Positions 50,903 through 60,967 of a stretch of 64,000 nucleotides of DNA are shown here, piece after piece. The notes under the pieces are model-generated. The model had not been told where the DNA came from. It saw only the letters and a list, made by a program, of their open reading frames with translations, and did not search any database. Position 1 is the stretch's first letter. Each line of letters begins with the position of its first letter. The translations under genes were made by a program, and so were the position numbers. Origin of the DNA: an uncultured bacterium (GTDB taxonomy: Bacteria > Verrucomicrobiota > Verrucomicrobiia > Verrucomicrobiales > DEV007); NCBI GenBank assembly GCA_963977015.1, contig CAXBMO010000002.1:384001-448000 (forward strand). The letters run 5' to 3'.

Positions 50903-51658
50903 TTAGTGCGGCCACCTAGGAAGTTCTCTCGCGAGCTCAGAGGTTAGCTTTCGCGACTCAGCGACCATTTTCCCGCCATTAAAGACCTTTACCCAAATTC
51001 CACCCAGAGTTTCCTTGGTCCGATCAATATCTCGGTGAACCACCGATTGAACTACAATGCCAGTATCCGCATCAACATAATCAGTTCTCCCTGAAACGTA
51101 ATCTCTCCGGGTCGAATTTAGTTCAGCTGTCTTCGTTGTGAAACTTTGTCGTTTCCTTCCCTCAATCACCTTTGCCAAAAATCTGCCCGATTGAGCCTCA
51201 ACGTCCCCATCGGCCGTCACGACATAAATCGCATATTGAACTGTCACGTTTTCAGCATCGAAGACGGTCGGATTCGATACATCGATTTGATAGTGTTTGA
51301 ACGTTGACTTGGTCACGGTCTTCCCACGATTCGGGGAGCCTGATGAGGACGGAAACTTGGATATTCCACCCAATGTTTGCTTACCCGCTCCATCCCGTTC
51401 CCAAACTTGGGCGGTCAGCTTGACTGGAGGAGGATTCCTGGCCCATTTCTCGATATAAATTTGGTCATCTTCAGAAAGCCCGGAAATCGGCCACTCAGCC
51501 ATTTTTCCGTTGAGGGTCAGGAGCACATTGTCACCCCGAACCCCGGCAATTTCGGCTTCGATTTGTCGCCCGTTCAGATCGGTAAAGACTCTTCCAGAGA
51601 CCGAAGTAGAGGATCCCAAAACCACTAGACTGATGATGAATACCTGCGATATCGTCAT
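50903..51658 (-). CDS. Secreted hypothetical protein with N-terminal SHD1-like domain
   Basis: RVFTDLNGRQIEAEI...LSEDDQIYIEKW. Visibly more AT-rich than its neighbours. Confidence 0.75.
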   Translation of the reverse strand: MTISQVFIISLVVLGSSTSVSGRVFTDLNGRQIEAEIAGVRGDNVLLTLNGKMAEWPISGLSEDDQIYIEKWARNPPPVKLTAQVWERDGAGKQTLGGISKFPSSSGSPNRGKTVTKSTFKHYQIDVSNPTVFDAENVTVQYAIYVVTADGDVEAQSGRFLAKVIEGRKRQSFTTKTAELNSTRRDYVSGRTDYVDADTGIVVQSVVHRDIDRTKETLGGIWVKVFNGGKMVAESRKLTSELARELPRWPH

Positions 51659-51760
51659 TCGTTGAGCCTTAGCACCAAATCACAGCCTGCCAAGAAAAAA
51701 TACCGTCACAATACAACCGACGCCCAGACAACCTCTGCGCAATTGGATTGACCCCGCCAG

Positions 51761-51788
51761 TTGACCCGGTTTCGCCCCTGAGTATCAT
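51761..51788 (+). promoter_or_regulatory. sigma70-type promoter of yebC
   Basis: TTGACC-N16-TATCAT ending 10 nt before the ATG. Confidence 0.6.
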
Positions 51789-51798
51789 CTAACTACCT

Positions 51799-52509
51799 AT
51801 GGGAAGAGCTTTCGAATACCGCCGTAAAAGCAAGGAACAGCGATGGGACAAGATGTCCAAGCTGTTCCCCAAGCTGGGGAAATCCATCACCATGGCCGCT
51901 CGCGAAGGCGGCTCGGACCCGGAGTCAAACTCCAAGCTGCGTCTCGCGATCATGAACGCGAAGGCGGAGAACATGCCGAAGGACAACATCGAGGCGGCGA
52001 TCAAGCGGGCGAGTGGCAAGGAAGGTGCCGACATCACCGAAATTGGCTACGAAGGCAAGGCCCCCCATGGCGTCATGATCATCATCGAGGCGGCAACCGA
52101 CAACACGAACCGCACCGTCACGAATCTGCGAACCTATTTCAACAAATCCGGCGGCCAGCTTCTCGACTCCGGCTCGCTGCAATTCATGTTCGAGCGCAAA
52201 TCCGTGGTCGAATTTCCGATTACCGACGAACTCAACATGGAGGAAGTGGAGCTGAGCCTGATGGACTGCGGCCTGGATGAGCTGGAGCAGAATGAAGGCG
52301 TCGGCTATGCCTATGGTGACGTCACGGATTTTGGCAATCTCACCAAAGGTGTCGAAGACCTGGGCCTGGAAATCAGCAAGGCCAGCCTGCAACAGATCCC
52401 CAACTCCCCGGTCGAACTGACCGACGAGCAAATGACGGAGATCGAAACCTTGCTCGACAAGATCGAGGACGACGAAGACGTGCAAGCCGTCTTCACCAAT
52501 ATTGCCTAA
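51799..52509 (+). CDS. yebC: YebC/PmpR family protein
   Basis: [51 protein letters not shown]. Confidence 0.96.
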   Translation: MGRAFEYRRKSKEQRWDKMSKLFPKLGKSITMAAREGGSDPESNSKLRLAIMNAKAENMPKDNIEAAIKRASGKEGADITEIGYEGKAPHGVMIIIEAATDNTNRTVTNLRTYFNKSGGQLLDSGSLQFMFERKSVVEFPITDELNMEEVELSLMDCGLDELEQNEGVGYAYGDVTDFGNLTKGVEDLGLEISKASLQQIPNSPVELTDEQMTEIETLLDKIEDDEDVQAVFTNIA

Positions 52510-55238
52510 CCACCGGCTTCCAACTCATACGTCACAATCTCGTTCCCCGTCAGGAGACGAAACTGACCGGCGACAGCCCCCTGAAGAACGGCGACCGGCT
52601 TCCCAACCGGGTTCGCCATACTGGCGGCAAGCTCGATCCCTTTCTTTTTGATCGAGTAAACCTGGATGCGCGCTTCATCGACCACCGCGACGAACCCCGA
52701 ACGCGTAAAGGCGATAAAAGGGTCGCGGCTCTCATGGGCAAAGAAGACGATGTCACGCCAGTTCCGGTCCCCCCAGATCAATCCCGCTCCAGCGGATAAG
52801 GCAACGGCCAAACGCGGAAGCGTGGCCGGCGAAGTCGGGACGAGGCGTTGAATCGTTCCCGGCATCGGCAACCACTGGGTTTCATCCCCACGAAAATAAG
52901 CCAAGCGATTCGCCATCGCGAAAAACAGCCCCTTGCCACAGAGGGCCATGGGAATGACCATGCCGGATTGAATGACCGATTCTGCCGTCAATCCCGGAGG
53001 CATTGGCGTGAGATGATGGGAACTGGAGAGCTTTCCCACGTGATGCCGACGATCGAGCACAAACTCGGCTTCGGTCAGGCGCAACTCCCAACGCCCCCCC
53101 AGCCCGTCCTGCGCCGCACCGACCACCTCCGGCTTGAGGGGATGAATTCCAAACGGCTCCCTGGATTCGTACTGCTCGAACCCACGGGGTTCCAGTTCAA
53201 AGTCAAAGCGGCTCACCACCCGCACGCACGGTGTTCCACCGCTTGCGGGATGTTGATCCGGCACCAAGGCAACATCCTTCCACGCCACGTCCGGCCCGAT
53301 CTGCGCGTAGCTTTCCGCCCCCTGCGCCGAGTGCTTGACCACATAAATCCCACTATTCTCGCCGCTCATTTTTCCCACACCGACCAACCCATCGCCAAAG
53401 GCAATCGCCTCGCAACAATGGAACTCCGGCAACAAGCGTTTGCGCGATTTTTCCACCAGCTTCACCCGGTCAATTTTTCCCGGCACTGGCGCTGTCACGA
53501 CTTCCTCCGTGGCGTTGGCTGCGCCAAACCGGCGTGCATCGCGCTTCAATAAACGGTCGTTGTCGTCCAGTGAAGCGATAATCTTGGTTAGCGGCCTCGC
53601 ATCCTCATTGGGCCAACGCTCCAACTGACGCCCCACCACCACCCGGGTCGAGTCGGCCGCCAGGTCGCGAAGCGCCTGACTCCAGCCCTCACGCGCCACA
53701 TCCGCCATCACCTCGGCCAATCCCCGCGTGTCAGAGGGGCGAACCTCCGTGTCACGCAATGCAGCCAGCGACGCCAAGGCACGCTCCGATTCATCTGCGG
53801 CTTCACATAGCTGAAAATAGACCGACAACGCCTCCGTCGCCTCCCGGCTATAGGGCCAGGAGGCAAAGAGCAGGTCCAGCGCCCGGTCCGGATCCTCCAA
53901 CTTTTCCGCAATCAGCTTGGCCGCCATGGTTGGGCGATCCAACGATTGCAGAGCGTTCACCGCACGTTCATAGGAATCCCCGGCCTCCTTCTCACGGCCC
54001 AACTCCCGATAGAGATCGCCCATCGTCTCATACTCCTGCAACTGATGGTAAAGCTGCAGCGCCTCCTCAAACAATCCGCCTTCCTTCAGGCATTCCGCAG
54101 CCATTCGCTGATCCTTGAGAAAGGTTCCATACAATTGCGCCGCCTCACGATAAGAGCCCCCCGACTTCAGCGTATTCGCCGCCGCCGCGTAGTCCCCCAG
54201 CAAACGTGCATAAATGTAGGCAGCCCGACGATAACGTCCCAAGGTAAGCTCTCGATTCGCGGCATCGCGGTAGGCCGTCATCAGGCGCCCGGTCTGTGCC
54301 CAATCCAGCGTCCACGGAGCCGCCGGCAGCCCTCCGTTCAGCTCATTCAAATCAAAGTCGATCTTCCGCTCCCTCAACTTCGAATTCGGCGGCATGAAGC
54401 CCCTCGTCCCCTCCCCCCCAATCGGCAACGCAAACCGCAGCCCCTTGTCCGGATCCTCTTCCAACCAATGCAATAACCGATCAATCTCCCGATTCTGCTT
54501 CTCCTGAAGGTTGGAGTTCGCCCAATCCTCCATCCGGTTGACCCACGTTGGATCCTTGACCTTGTCCGACTCCGGAAATCGCCGGGCAAATCCCCGAACC
54601 GCCTCAAAGAACGACTCCCTCAACCCGCCGGAAGCCTTCGGCTCACCCTTGTACTTGGGGATTCCCTCCCCAGCCTGCTCGCCAATATCTCCGCGCGACT
54701 CCCGCATCATCTCGACAAAGTCCGGCGGCGGCCCGCCAGCCCGAATCGTCAGTTTCTCCGGCAAAGGGAGCAATCCCGGATGCGCAAAGTTCCACAACTG
54801 ACCGCGTTGCTCGGGTAACGAAATCAGATCCGCCATACGCACGGCATCCTCCGCCTCATAACCCACCAACCCCGTTCCCGGCAAAAACACCGTCACATCA
54901 TGCAGAAAAAGGCTGGAAAACTCCCCTTCCGTCAACGGAAAGCGCAACTCCGCATTCGCCGGAACATACAAACGCCCCCCCAACAATCGATACGCCAGGG
55001 GACGCGGCATCATTTCCGTCACGGCAATCTTTCCGTTTGGCAGCGGCACGAATAGCCCCGCCACCTCCCGCGACTTCGCCGATCGCGGAATCGGGAACAA
55101 CGGCAGTTCCCCCACACCTGGAAACTCCATCGCGCACAACGTCCGCACCCAGGCCGAGGCATCCGTGCCCGGCAACAACCAGCCCTTCACCGGTCCCGGC
55201 TCGCCATGCGTTAGGCTCAGCGGAAACTCGATCGTCAT
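52506..55238 (-). CDS. bpX3-like / TPR / beta-propeller-like protein (component type of MoxR-vWA-beta-propeller ternary conflict systems)
   Basis: N-terminal GWLLPG...W...LFPIP domain, [36 protein letters not shown]...[12 protein letters not shown]-like helices, beta-rich C-terminus. Family call is from recall of the pattern. Confidence 0.65.
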   Translation of the reverse strand: MTIEFPLSLTHGEPGPVKGWLLPGTDASAWVRTLCAMEFPGVGELPLFPIPRSAKSREVAGLFVPLPNGKIAVTEMMPRPLAYRLLGGRLYVPANAELRFPLTEGEFSSLFLHDVTVFLPGTGLVGYEAEDAVRMADLISLPEQRGQLWNFAHPGLLPLPEKLTIRAGGPPPDFVEMMRESRGDIGEQAGEGIPKYKGEPKASGGLRESFFEAVRGFARRFPESDKVKDPTWVNRMEDWANSNLQEKQNREIDRLLHWLEEDPDKGLRFALPIGGEGTRGFMPPNSKLRERKIDFDLNELNGGLPAAPWTLDWAQTGRLMTAYRDAANRELTLGRYRRAAYIYARLLGDYAAAANTLKSGGSYREAAQLYGTFLKDQRMAAECLKEGGLFEEALQLYHQLQEYETMGDLYRELGREKEAGDSYERAVNALQSLDRPTMAAKLIAEKLEDPDRALDLLFASWPYSREATEALSVYFQLCEAADESERALASLAALRDTEVRPSDTRGLAEVMADVAREGWSQALRDLAADSTRVVVGRQLERWPNEDARPLTKIIASLDDNDRLLKRDARRFGAANATEEVVTAPVPGKIDRVKLVEKSRKRLLPEFHCCEAIAFGDGLVGVGKMSGENSGIYVVKHSAQGAESYAQIGPDVAWKDVALVPDQHPASGGTPCVRVVSRFDFELEPRGFEQYESREPFGIHPLKPEVVGAAQDGLGGRWELRLTEAEFVLDRRHHVGKLSSSHHLTPMPPGLTAESVIQSGMVIPMALCGKGLFFAMANRLAYFRGDETQWLPMPGTIQRLVPTSPATLPRLAVALSAGAGLIWGDRNWRDIVFFAHESRDPFIAFTRSGFVAVVDEARIQVYSIKKKGIELAASMANPVGKPVAVLQGAVAGQFRLLTGNEIVTYELEAGG

Positions 55239-55240
55239 GA

Positions 55241-55645
55241 TTAAGGATTCGGCTTCAAACGCTTCAGCCCCTCCAAATCCAGGGTAAACGTGGCAGGCCC
55301 CTTCACCTGATAGAGATCCTTCTTCAAAAGAATTTTCGTCTCAGCACTCTTCGCCACCAACTTCGCGCCCTTTGTCGTTACCGACGGCCAGCCGGAAAGC
55401 ACCGCCGACTGCTCCGTCAAATTCACCGTCAACTTCTCCGCCTCCACCGTAATCGGCTCCTGCTTCACCGTCCCCGTCACCAGCACATTCCCCTTCGCTT
55501 CCCCCAAATTCAAATCGATCTCATCCGCCACGATGGTGTAGCCAAACATCGTAAACGTCGGCCGGACGGGCTTTTCCTCCTCTTCCCCAAACGTAGAAAA
55601 TACGGTAATCATCCAAACAAGGGGCATCATCCAATTCGATTTCAT
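55241..55645 (-). CDS. Small secreted LptA/OstA-like beta-jellyroll protein
   Basis: Signal peptide and repeats IVADEI...AKGNV and VEAEKL...AVLSGWP. Ends 2 nt before the bpX3-like gene start. Confidence 0.55.
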   Translation of the reverse strand: MKSNWMMPLVWMITVFSTFGEEEEKPVRPTFTMFGYTIVADEIDLNLGEAKGNVLVTGTVKQEPITVEAEKLTVNLTEQSAVLSGWPSVTTKGAKLVAKSAETKILLKKDLYQVKGPATFTLDLEGLKRLKPNP

Positions 55646-55714
55646 GAGAAAGGGATACGCGATTCGGCAAGCGTTGGCAAGATCGTTGGGGGCACCGCCA
55701 AGACAACCCCACCT

Positions 55715-56842
55715 TCATCCCAACTCCCCCATCCATGCTCTTGGCAAATGTTCTTGCTCGATGCGTCGCCAGCCGTCTTTCGCCCAATCATACGCCTGGC
55801 GTTCCTCAGCGGTTAAGACCAACTCTTTGCGCCAACTCGATGGCTTGCCAATGCGTTGGAGATGTTCGGGGACGCGTTCGATCGTGGCGCGATCCATCCA
55901 GATGCTTTGCACATGGGGAAAGAGTTTACGGAAGCTGGAGAGGATCTCGAAGCCTTGAACGTCGATGTCTCCCCAATAGCGAATCTCGCAGTTCTCCAGC
56001 CACTTGAGATAACGGAAGTTGGGAATGCGCTTGCCGTGCCCCATCAATCCCAGAGTTCCGGGAATGCTTGGCAACATTTGCAGGCTGGTGAGGTTTTCGA
56101 CAACAAAGACGCGCGTTACCGGCCAATTGCACTCGGCAAGCCGAAGAAGGGGGAGCGAAAATTCCTCGTGTTTTTCTTCGCAGGCGGCTTGCAAGGCCGG
56201 GTCCAGGAAGCGCATCCGAATTGCGGGCTCGACCCAAGGGAGACCGAAGCGCCGGTTGAATTCGTGCTCTTCTCGATCCACGACGTCCTGCGGCAAAATC
56301 AAGTCAAGCAAAGGCGCTAGCTCGGATTGATGAGTCTCGACGAATTTGGTATCGACGGAGAGTGGCAACTCTCTTGCATACAAGCCGGGGCGCGGATTGG
56401 AGCGGAAAAATTGGAGCACTTCGATGAGTCCATCCCAACACGGCTCAGCCTTCACAATCTTCGCCGGGTTGGAGGTGATCCACCCCTCGATCTCGGGAAA
56501 ACTTTGCCGGAGTTGGGAGCAGCGGCTCACAAAGTTCGCATACTCCTCTTCTTTCCCTAGCCAACTGAGCAAGTCTTCCTGCGTCTCAAAAACGATCCGC
56601 TTCGGAAGACGATTCCCACCGTCGAGACGTCGCGCGATCCAATCAATGGTATATCCATCATCCCGCTGAAGCTTGGACTGGCGGCGCAGGGCTTCCAAGG
56701 CCTCGATCCGTTCGCTCAAGGGCTCATGGTCGGCGAACTTTTTTTGCCCACGAACCACCCAGGGAAACTCCGCCACCCCTTTCAAGATTTTAGTACGATA
56801 GAACCGCTCCGTTTTCTGATAAATCTCTTCCGGCGTGATCAT
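55715..56842 (-). CDS. jetD: Wadjet nuclease JetD (DUF3322 + DUF2220 Toprim)
   Basis: PGLYARELPLSVDTKF, VFVVEN (catalytic Glu), YWGDIDVQGFEI (DxD), RIEQEHL. Confidence 0.93.
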   Translation of the reverse strand: MITPEEIYQKTERFYRTKILKGVAEFPWVVRGQKKFADHEPLSERIEALEALRRQSKLQRDDGYTIDWIARRLDGGNRLPKRIVFETQEDLLSWLGKEEEYANFVSRCSQLRQSFPEIEGWITSNPAKIVKAEPCWDGLIEVLQFFRSNPRPGLYARELPLSVDTKFVETHQSELAPLLDLILPQDVVDREEHEFNRRFGLPWVEPAIRMRFLDPALQAACEEKHEEFSLPLLRLAECNWPVTRVFVVENLTSLQMLPSIPGTLGLMGHGKRIPNFRYLKWLENCEIRYWGDIDVQGFEILSSFRKLFPHVQSIWMDRATIERVPEHLQRIGKPSSWRKELVLTAEERQAYDWAKDGWRRIEQEHLPRAWMGELG

Positions 56843-56854
56843 TGCGCGCTCATC

Positions 56855-59800
56855 TCATCCCTCCATCAACTTCGCTTCGCGCTCTTTAAACTGCTTCGCG
56901 GTCATGGTGATGACTTGGGAGCGATTTTCGTTCTTCGTCACGAGAAGGTATTGCTCGACGAAGGGCTCCGTCACTTTTGCTTTGGCATCAAAAGGGGCGA
57001 CGATGAGGAGTTGGAGGCCAAATTTTTCGAACAACTGCATCGCGTAAGTGGCGTAGCGGTCATCGACCTTGGAGAACATCTCATCGACCACGACAAAGTG
57101 GAAGCGATCGCTGCTCGCTGCGTCGGGCGAGATATCAAACTGATAGACCACTGCGGCCACCAAGATCGTGAAGGCCAGCTTCGCCTTCTCCCCCCCGGAT
57201 TGTCCTTGGCTGTCCGTATAATAGCTATGTTGCTCATTGGTCTCCGGGTCGAAGACACGCACGGCAAAATCGTACCACCGGCGGACATCCGTTACCTTCT
57301 CCCGCCAGCGAGGTTCCTCGCGCAATCGGACAATCATCTCCTGAGTGCGCTCGAAGGCGGCCTCAAAGGCCTCCAACGTCCCCTCATAGGTATTGCTGAG
57401 ATACCCCCGGAGTTGAGCCCGAAAATCGACAATTTCCTGATCGCGGGTGTCGAGCGGTTCCAAACGCAACACGGTGTCTGGGTTCTTACTATACTCAATC
57501 TCAACGAGGTAACGATTCAGTTGTTCGATGCGCTCCACAATCTCTCCCGCCTCGTTCCGCAACATCGCATCAAATTGCCCAATCTCGCTGACCACATTGC
57601 CGGTGAAGTAGTCGCGGAAACGTTTTTCGTGTACCGGGAGATCCTCCTCAATGAGACGCTCGCGCTCTTTGAGGAAATCCGCGATGTAGGCGGGGGCGGC
57701 TTGCAACTGAGTTTCGAACTCGGGATGATCGCGCAAAAAATGATTCATCGCCGCGTTAACCTTTTGTTCCAAAGGATCGATCTCGGCGCGCAAAGTGTTG
57801 ATCTCACGGTTCACAACAGACTTGTAGGTGGCTTCGGTAGTGAAGACGCTGGTTTCATCGAGCGGCAGCATCGCGAGCTCGCCCAACTGCCGCGCCACAG
57901 CATCAAAGAGTGCTTCGGCTGGGTCCCAATTGCCCTCGTCTTTGGCGAGAAAAATTTTGGTTTCAGCGCGCTGTATGTGGCGACTGGCTTCCTCGATATT
58001 CCCTTCCACCTTGCCAATCAGTTTCGTCAGTTCTTCGATCTTGCTGTCACAAGAGAGCTTGGCCTTTTCTGCGGTGGCAAGTTCTTCCTTGAGCCCCACG
58101 ACAACTTCGCTGGCCCGCTCCAGACGCTCTTTTTCTTCGGTTAACGCGGCAATGGCGGCTTCTTCCACGGCGGTGTCGATGTCCTCAAACGCGGCGGTGC
58201 TGAGGGCGCCGCGAATCCCGTCGTAACGCGAACGCAGTCGGTCTTCCAGCTTGCGAACCCGTTCGATTTCCGCGCTTAGTTGAGCGAGTTCATCCGCGCG
58301 TTGCTTGTAGTCTTGACGCAAAAGCGTGAGTTTAGCCTGGTTATCCCAGCCCAAGACATAAAAACGTGGATCAGCAACCCGCTCGCGGTCATCTTTCTCG
58401 TGCCGATCACCTTTAAACTTGAGCTGACGCTGTGCAGTTAAGGCAGGTGGGTTCGCGTTTTGGAATTCTTCCAGTGATTCGCAACATCCAATATCGAAGC
58501 GTCGTGCAATCTCGCTCTGCACCCATCCAATGAGGGGATGATCCGCCTTGAAATCCAGTTTGTGCCAGAGTGAACGGGAGCCTGGATCGCGTTGCGCAAG
58601 TTCCCAAGAACTTTCTTCACCGATCTTCTGATAGACCAATTTTTGGCCCTTCCCCCGCCCGTCTCGGAGCCGGGTTTGGTTGCAGTAGCGACTGACGGCT
58701 TTGTATTGTTGGATGGGGACCAACATGCTCAACCCAAAATTGCGCAAGACCATCTCGACGGCGCTTTCCCAGGCGCGTTCCTTCGGCTTTACGGCGAGGA
58801 GTTCCGCGACGAAGGGCAGATGGCCCGGATCGATATGGAGATCGTGGCACAGTTGCTCGCGTAGTTCGACGAAGGCGCTCGGAAGATTGTAGGGACGGGC
58901 GGAGAGCAGTTGGATTTCCTTGGCCAGTTCCTCATTCTGATCGGTCAGATTCTTGCGGCGGAGGCCGAGGTCTGCGCGGGCATCGCCTGCCGCGTCCAAC
59001 TCAGCCTGAACCTGGCGTTGCTGCGTAGTGAGGCCGCGACGCATCTCGGCGAACGCGTTGGCGTCCTTCACGCGGGTTTCGAATCCAGCCTGGCGAAGCG
59101 CGTCCTGGTAGCGACGTTCCTCGCGTTTTTTCGCTTCCAAGCGGGTGGAGTGCTGACCTATCAACGGCGGGATTTCACGAAGCCGGGCACCTCCGGCGTT
59201 CTCAATATCGTTACGCAATTTGCGGATGCGCTCTTCAGCTTCTTCCCGCTGTCGTTTGGAGATGACGAGGCGGTTGTTGGCTCCGGCCAAATCCTCGTCC
59301 CATGCTTCCCGTTTGGCTCCGAGAATCTCGACGGTTTGATGGCGAAAAAACAGATCGCTCGCCTCCAGCAAGGCATTGCGCTCGTCGTATCGAGCCCGAA
59401 GCTCCATGCATTGCTCGCCAAACTCCGCCACGGGTTCGAGCGCTTCCAATTGCTTGCGCGCCTTGACCAGGGAATCGTGTGCGCTGCTGAGTTTATCAAA
59501 GTGGCCAAGCACTTCCTGGATGCGGCCATCGCGCCATTTGGGAGGCTCCAGCATGTGGCTGCGGATAAAGTCGTTGAGGCTGCGAATATCTTTGACCGAC
59601 ACCGTTTGGTTCAAGACATCCATGGCGCGCGAGCGCATCTTGGTCGTCTTGGCCAGCCAGCCCTGATACTCCTTAAACGAACTGGTGACCTTAAAGCGGC
59701 GTGCCCGCAATTGCTTGCGCACTTGGTCCAGGGATTCGATATGCTGGAAGTCGCCCTTAATGCTGCGTTCGCCTTCGCTATAGCAATAGATTTTCTCGGT

Positions 59801-60241
59801 CTTGCGGTTGGCGTTGAGATAGAAGAATTGCGCGATGGTGACGCCTTTGTCGAGATCCTCGTTGTAGAAGTAGCCCAGGAGAATGCTGGAATGTCGCCCG
59901 TCGGAGCGCAAGTGAAGGGTCTTGGCCTTGTTATCGCTTTCCTGGCTTCCGTGATCGTAAGCTCCCAGAAAGTAGGATTCCGGAGTTCTTGCGCCTTTCT
60001 TTCCCGTCGATCCTGCCGCTTCGTTATACCGTCGAATTTGGGCCGGGACGAGCAGCGTTAAGAGTGAATCGACCAAGGTGGATTTGCCCGAGCCATTCAA
60101 GCCAATGAGGAGGGAGGTTTTTCCCTTGGGCTCGATGCGGTGAACCACTCCCTGCGTCGAGTCGAAGGTGCCCCAGTTCAACACCTCCAACTTGTGAAGG
60201 CGAAACCCGGGCAACATAGGGGCCTGGAAAAGATCGTGCAT
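56855..60241 (-). CDS. jetC: Wadjet SMC-like ATPase JetC
   Basis: GFRLHKLEVLNWGTF, Walker A GLNGSGKST, long coiled coils, signature QSGGE, Walker B VVVDEMF. Confidence 0.95.
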   Translation of the reverse strand: MHDLFQAPMLPGFRLHKLEVLNWGTFDSTQGVVHRIEPKGKTSLLIGLNGSGKSTLVDSLLTLLVPAQIRRYNEAAGSTGKKGARTPESYFLGAYDHGSQESDNKAKTLHLRSDGRHSSILLGYFYNEDLDKGVTIAQFFYLNANRKTEKIYCYSEGERSIKGDFQHIESLDQVRKQLRARRFKVTSSFKEYQGWLAKTTKMRSRAMDVLNQTVSVKDIRSLNDFIRSHMLEPPKWRDGRIQEVLGHFDKLSSAHDSLVKARKQLEALEPVAEFGEQCMELRARYDERNALLEASDLFFRHQTVEILGAKREAWDEDLAGANNRLVISKRQREEAEERIRKLRNDIENAGGARLREIPPLIGQHSTRLEAKKREERRYQDALRQAGFETRVKDANAFAEMRRGLTTQQRQVQAELDAAGDARADLGLRRKNLTDQNEELAKEIQLLSARPYNLPSAFVELREQLCHDLHIDPGHLPFVAELLAVKPKERAWESAVEMVLRNFGLSMLVPIQQYKAVSRYCNQTRLRDGRGKGQKLVYQKIGEESSWELAQRDPGSRSLWHKLDFKADHPLIGWVQSEIARRFDIGCCESLEEFQNANPPALTAQRQLKFKGDRHEKDDRERVADPRFYVLGWDNQAKLTLLRQDYKQRADELAQLSAEIERVRKLEDRLRSRYDGIRGALSTAAFEDIDTAVEEAAIAALTEEKERLERASEVVVGLKEELATAEKAKLSCDSKIEELTKLIGKVEGNIEEASRHIQRAETKIFLAKDEGNWDPAEALFDAVARQLGELAMLPLDETSVFTTEATYKSVVNREINTLRAEIDPLEQKVNAAMNHFLRDHPEFETQLQAAPAYIADFLKERERLIEEDLPVHEKRFRDYFTGNVVSEIGQFDAMLRNEAGEIVERIEQLNRYLVEIEYSKNPDTVLRLEPLDTRDQEIVDFRAQLRGYLSNTYEGTLEAFEAAFERTQEMIVRLREEPRWREKVTDVRRWYDFAVRVFDPETNEQHSYYTDSQGQSGGEKAKLAFTILVAAVVYQFDISPDAASSDRFHFVVVDEMFSKVDDRYATYAMQLFEKFGLQLLIVAPFDAKAKVTEPFVEQYLLVTKNENRSQVITMTAKQFKEREAKLMEG

Positions 60242-60307
60242 CGTGTCCTGTTAGGATCAATCGACGAAGGTTCGCGCTCGGGCAAGATGAAGTTTTCGGA
60301 GGTCGCC

Positions 60308-60922
60308 CTAATCTTCCGGCGTTTCGCCCGGTGCCTTTTTTTGCTGGTGAGCGAGCAGCTTCGCCTTCATTTGTTCCATCTGTTCCAGACTAAAACGCGC
60401 TTTCAAGATAGGCCGGACGAGATAGGCTGGTGGTTCCTGGTTCAGCTTTTTGGCGAAGCCAAATTCCGTGATGCGCTTGAGTGCGGGGGCGAACTTGGCT
60501 TTGAGCCGCTTTTCGTCGTGGACCGTGCCAAAGAAGCCGAGGTAGGCGGCGAAGAGGTTTTCCTCACTGACGACGCATTTGGTCGAGTGAAGTTCCTCGT
60601 CTTCAAACCGACAGATTTCAGCGCGAAGCAGTAGGCAAAGGAGGGTTTGCTCATAGGTCATGCGAACGGTGCGCATGAGGCGAGGGAGGTTCTCATACCC
60701 TTCTTCCTCCTCTTCTTCGGCCAGTTGGCGAACGTAGGCATAGCCGTCATCCTCCGCAATCACAAGGCGCAAACCAAAGGTGGCGAACAGGTCTTCGAGC
60801 CGGGTTTGGTGGCTGAGGGTGAGATCCCAAGCGGGTGCTTCGTCAGAGTAGACGACCCCGCTCCGCAAAAGGCATACGGCAGCGAAATTGGCGTGGTGAT
60901 ACTCGGGGAGATCGTTGGTCAT
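60308..60922 (-). CDS. jetB: Wadjet JetB (DUF4194)
   Basis: LEDLFATFGLRLVIAEDDGYAYVRQ, LPRLMR...TYEQTLLCLLLR, YLVRPILKA. Position between jetA and jetC. Confidence 0.9.
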   Translation of the reverse strand: MTNDLPEYHHANFAAVCLLRSGVVYSDEAPAWDLTLSHQTRLEDLFATFGLRLVIAEDDGYAYVRQLAEEEEEEGYENLPRLMRTVRMTYEQTLLCLLLRAEICRFEDEELHSTKCVVSEENLFAAYLGFFGTVHDEKRLKAKFAPALKRITEFGFAKKLNQEPPAYLVRPILKARFSLEQMEQMKAKLLAHQQKKAPGETPED

Positions 60923-60967
60923 GGTTGGTGGAGATGGGGGGGTGAAACTTGCAGAGGGGTAGCGCAT

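Noticed and set aside
56855-60241. JetC as housekeeping MukB or SbcC
   Set aside because: It is flanked by DUF3375, DUF4194 and a Toprim JetD, and a canonical smc is present separately.
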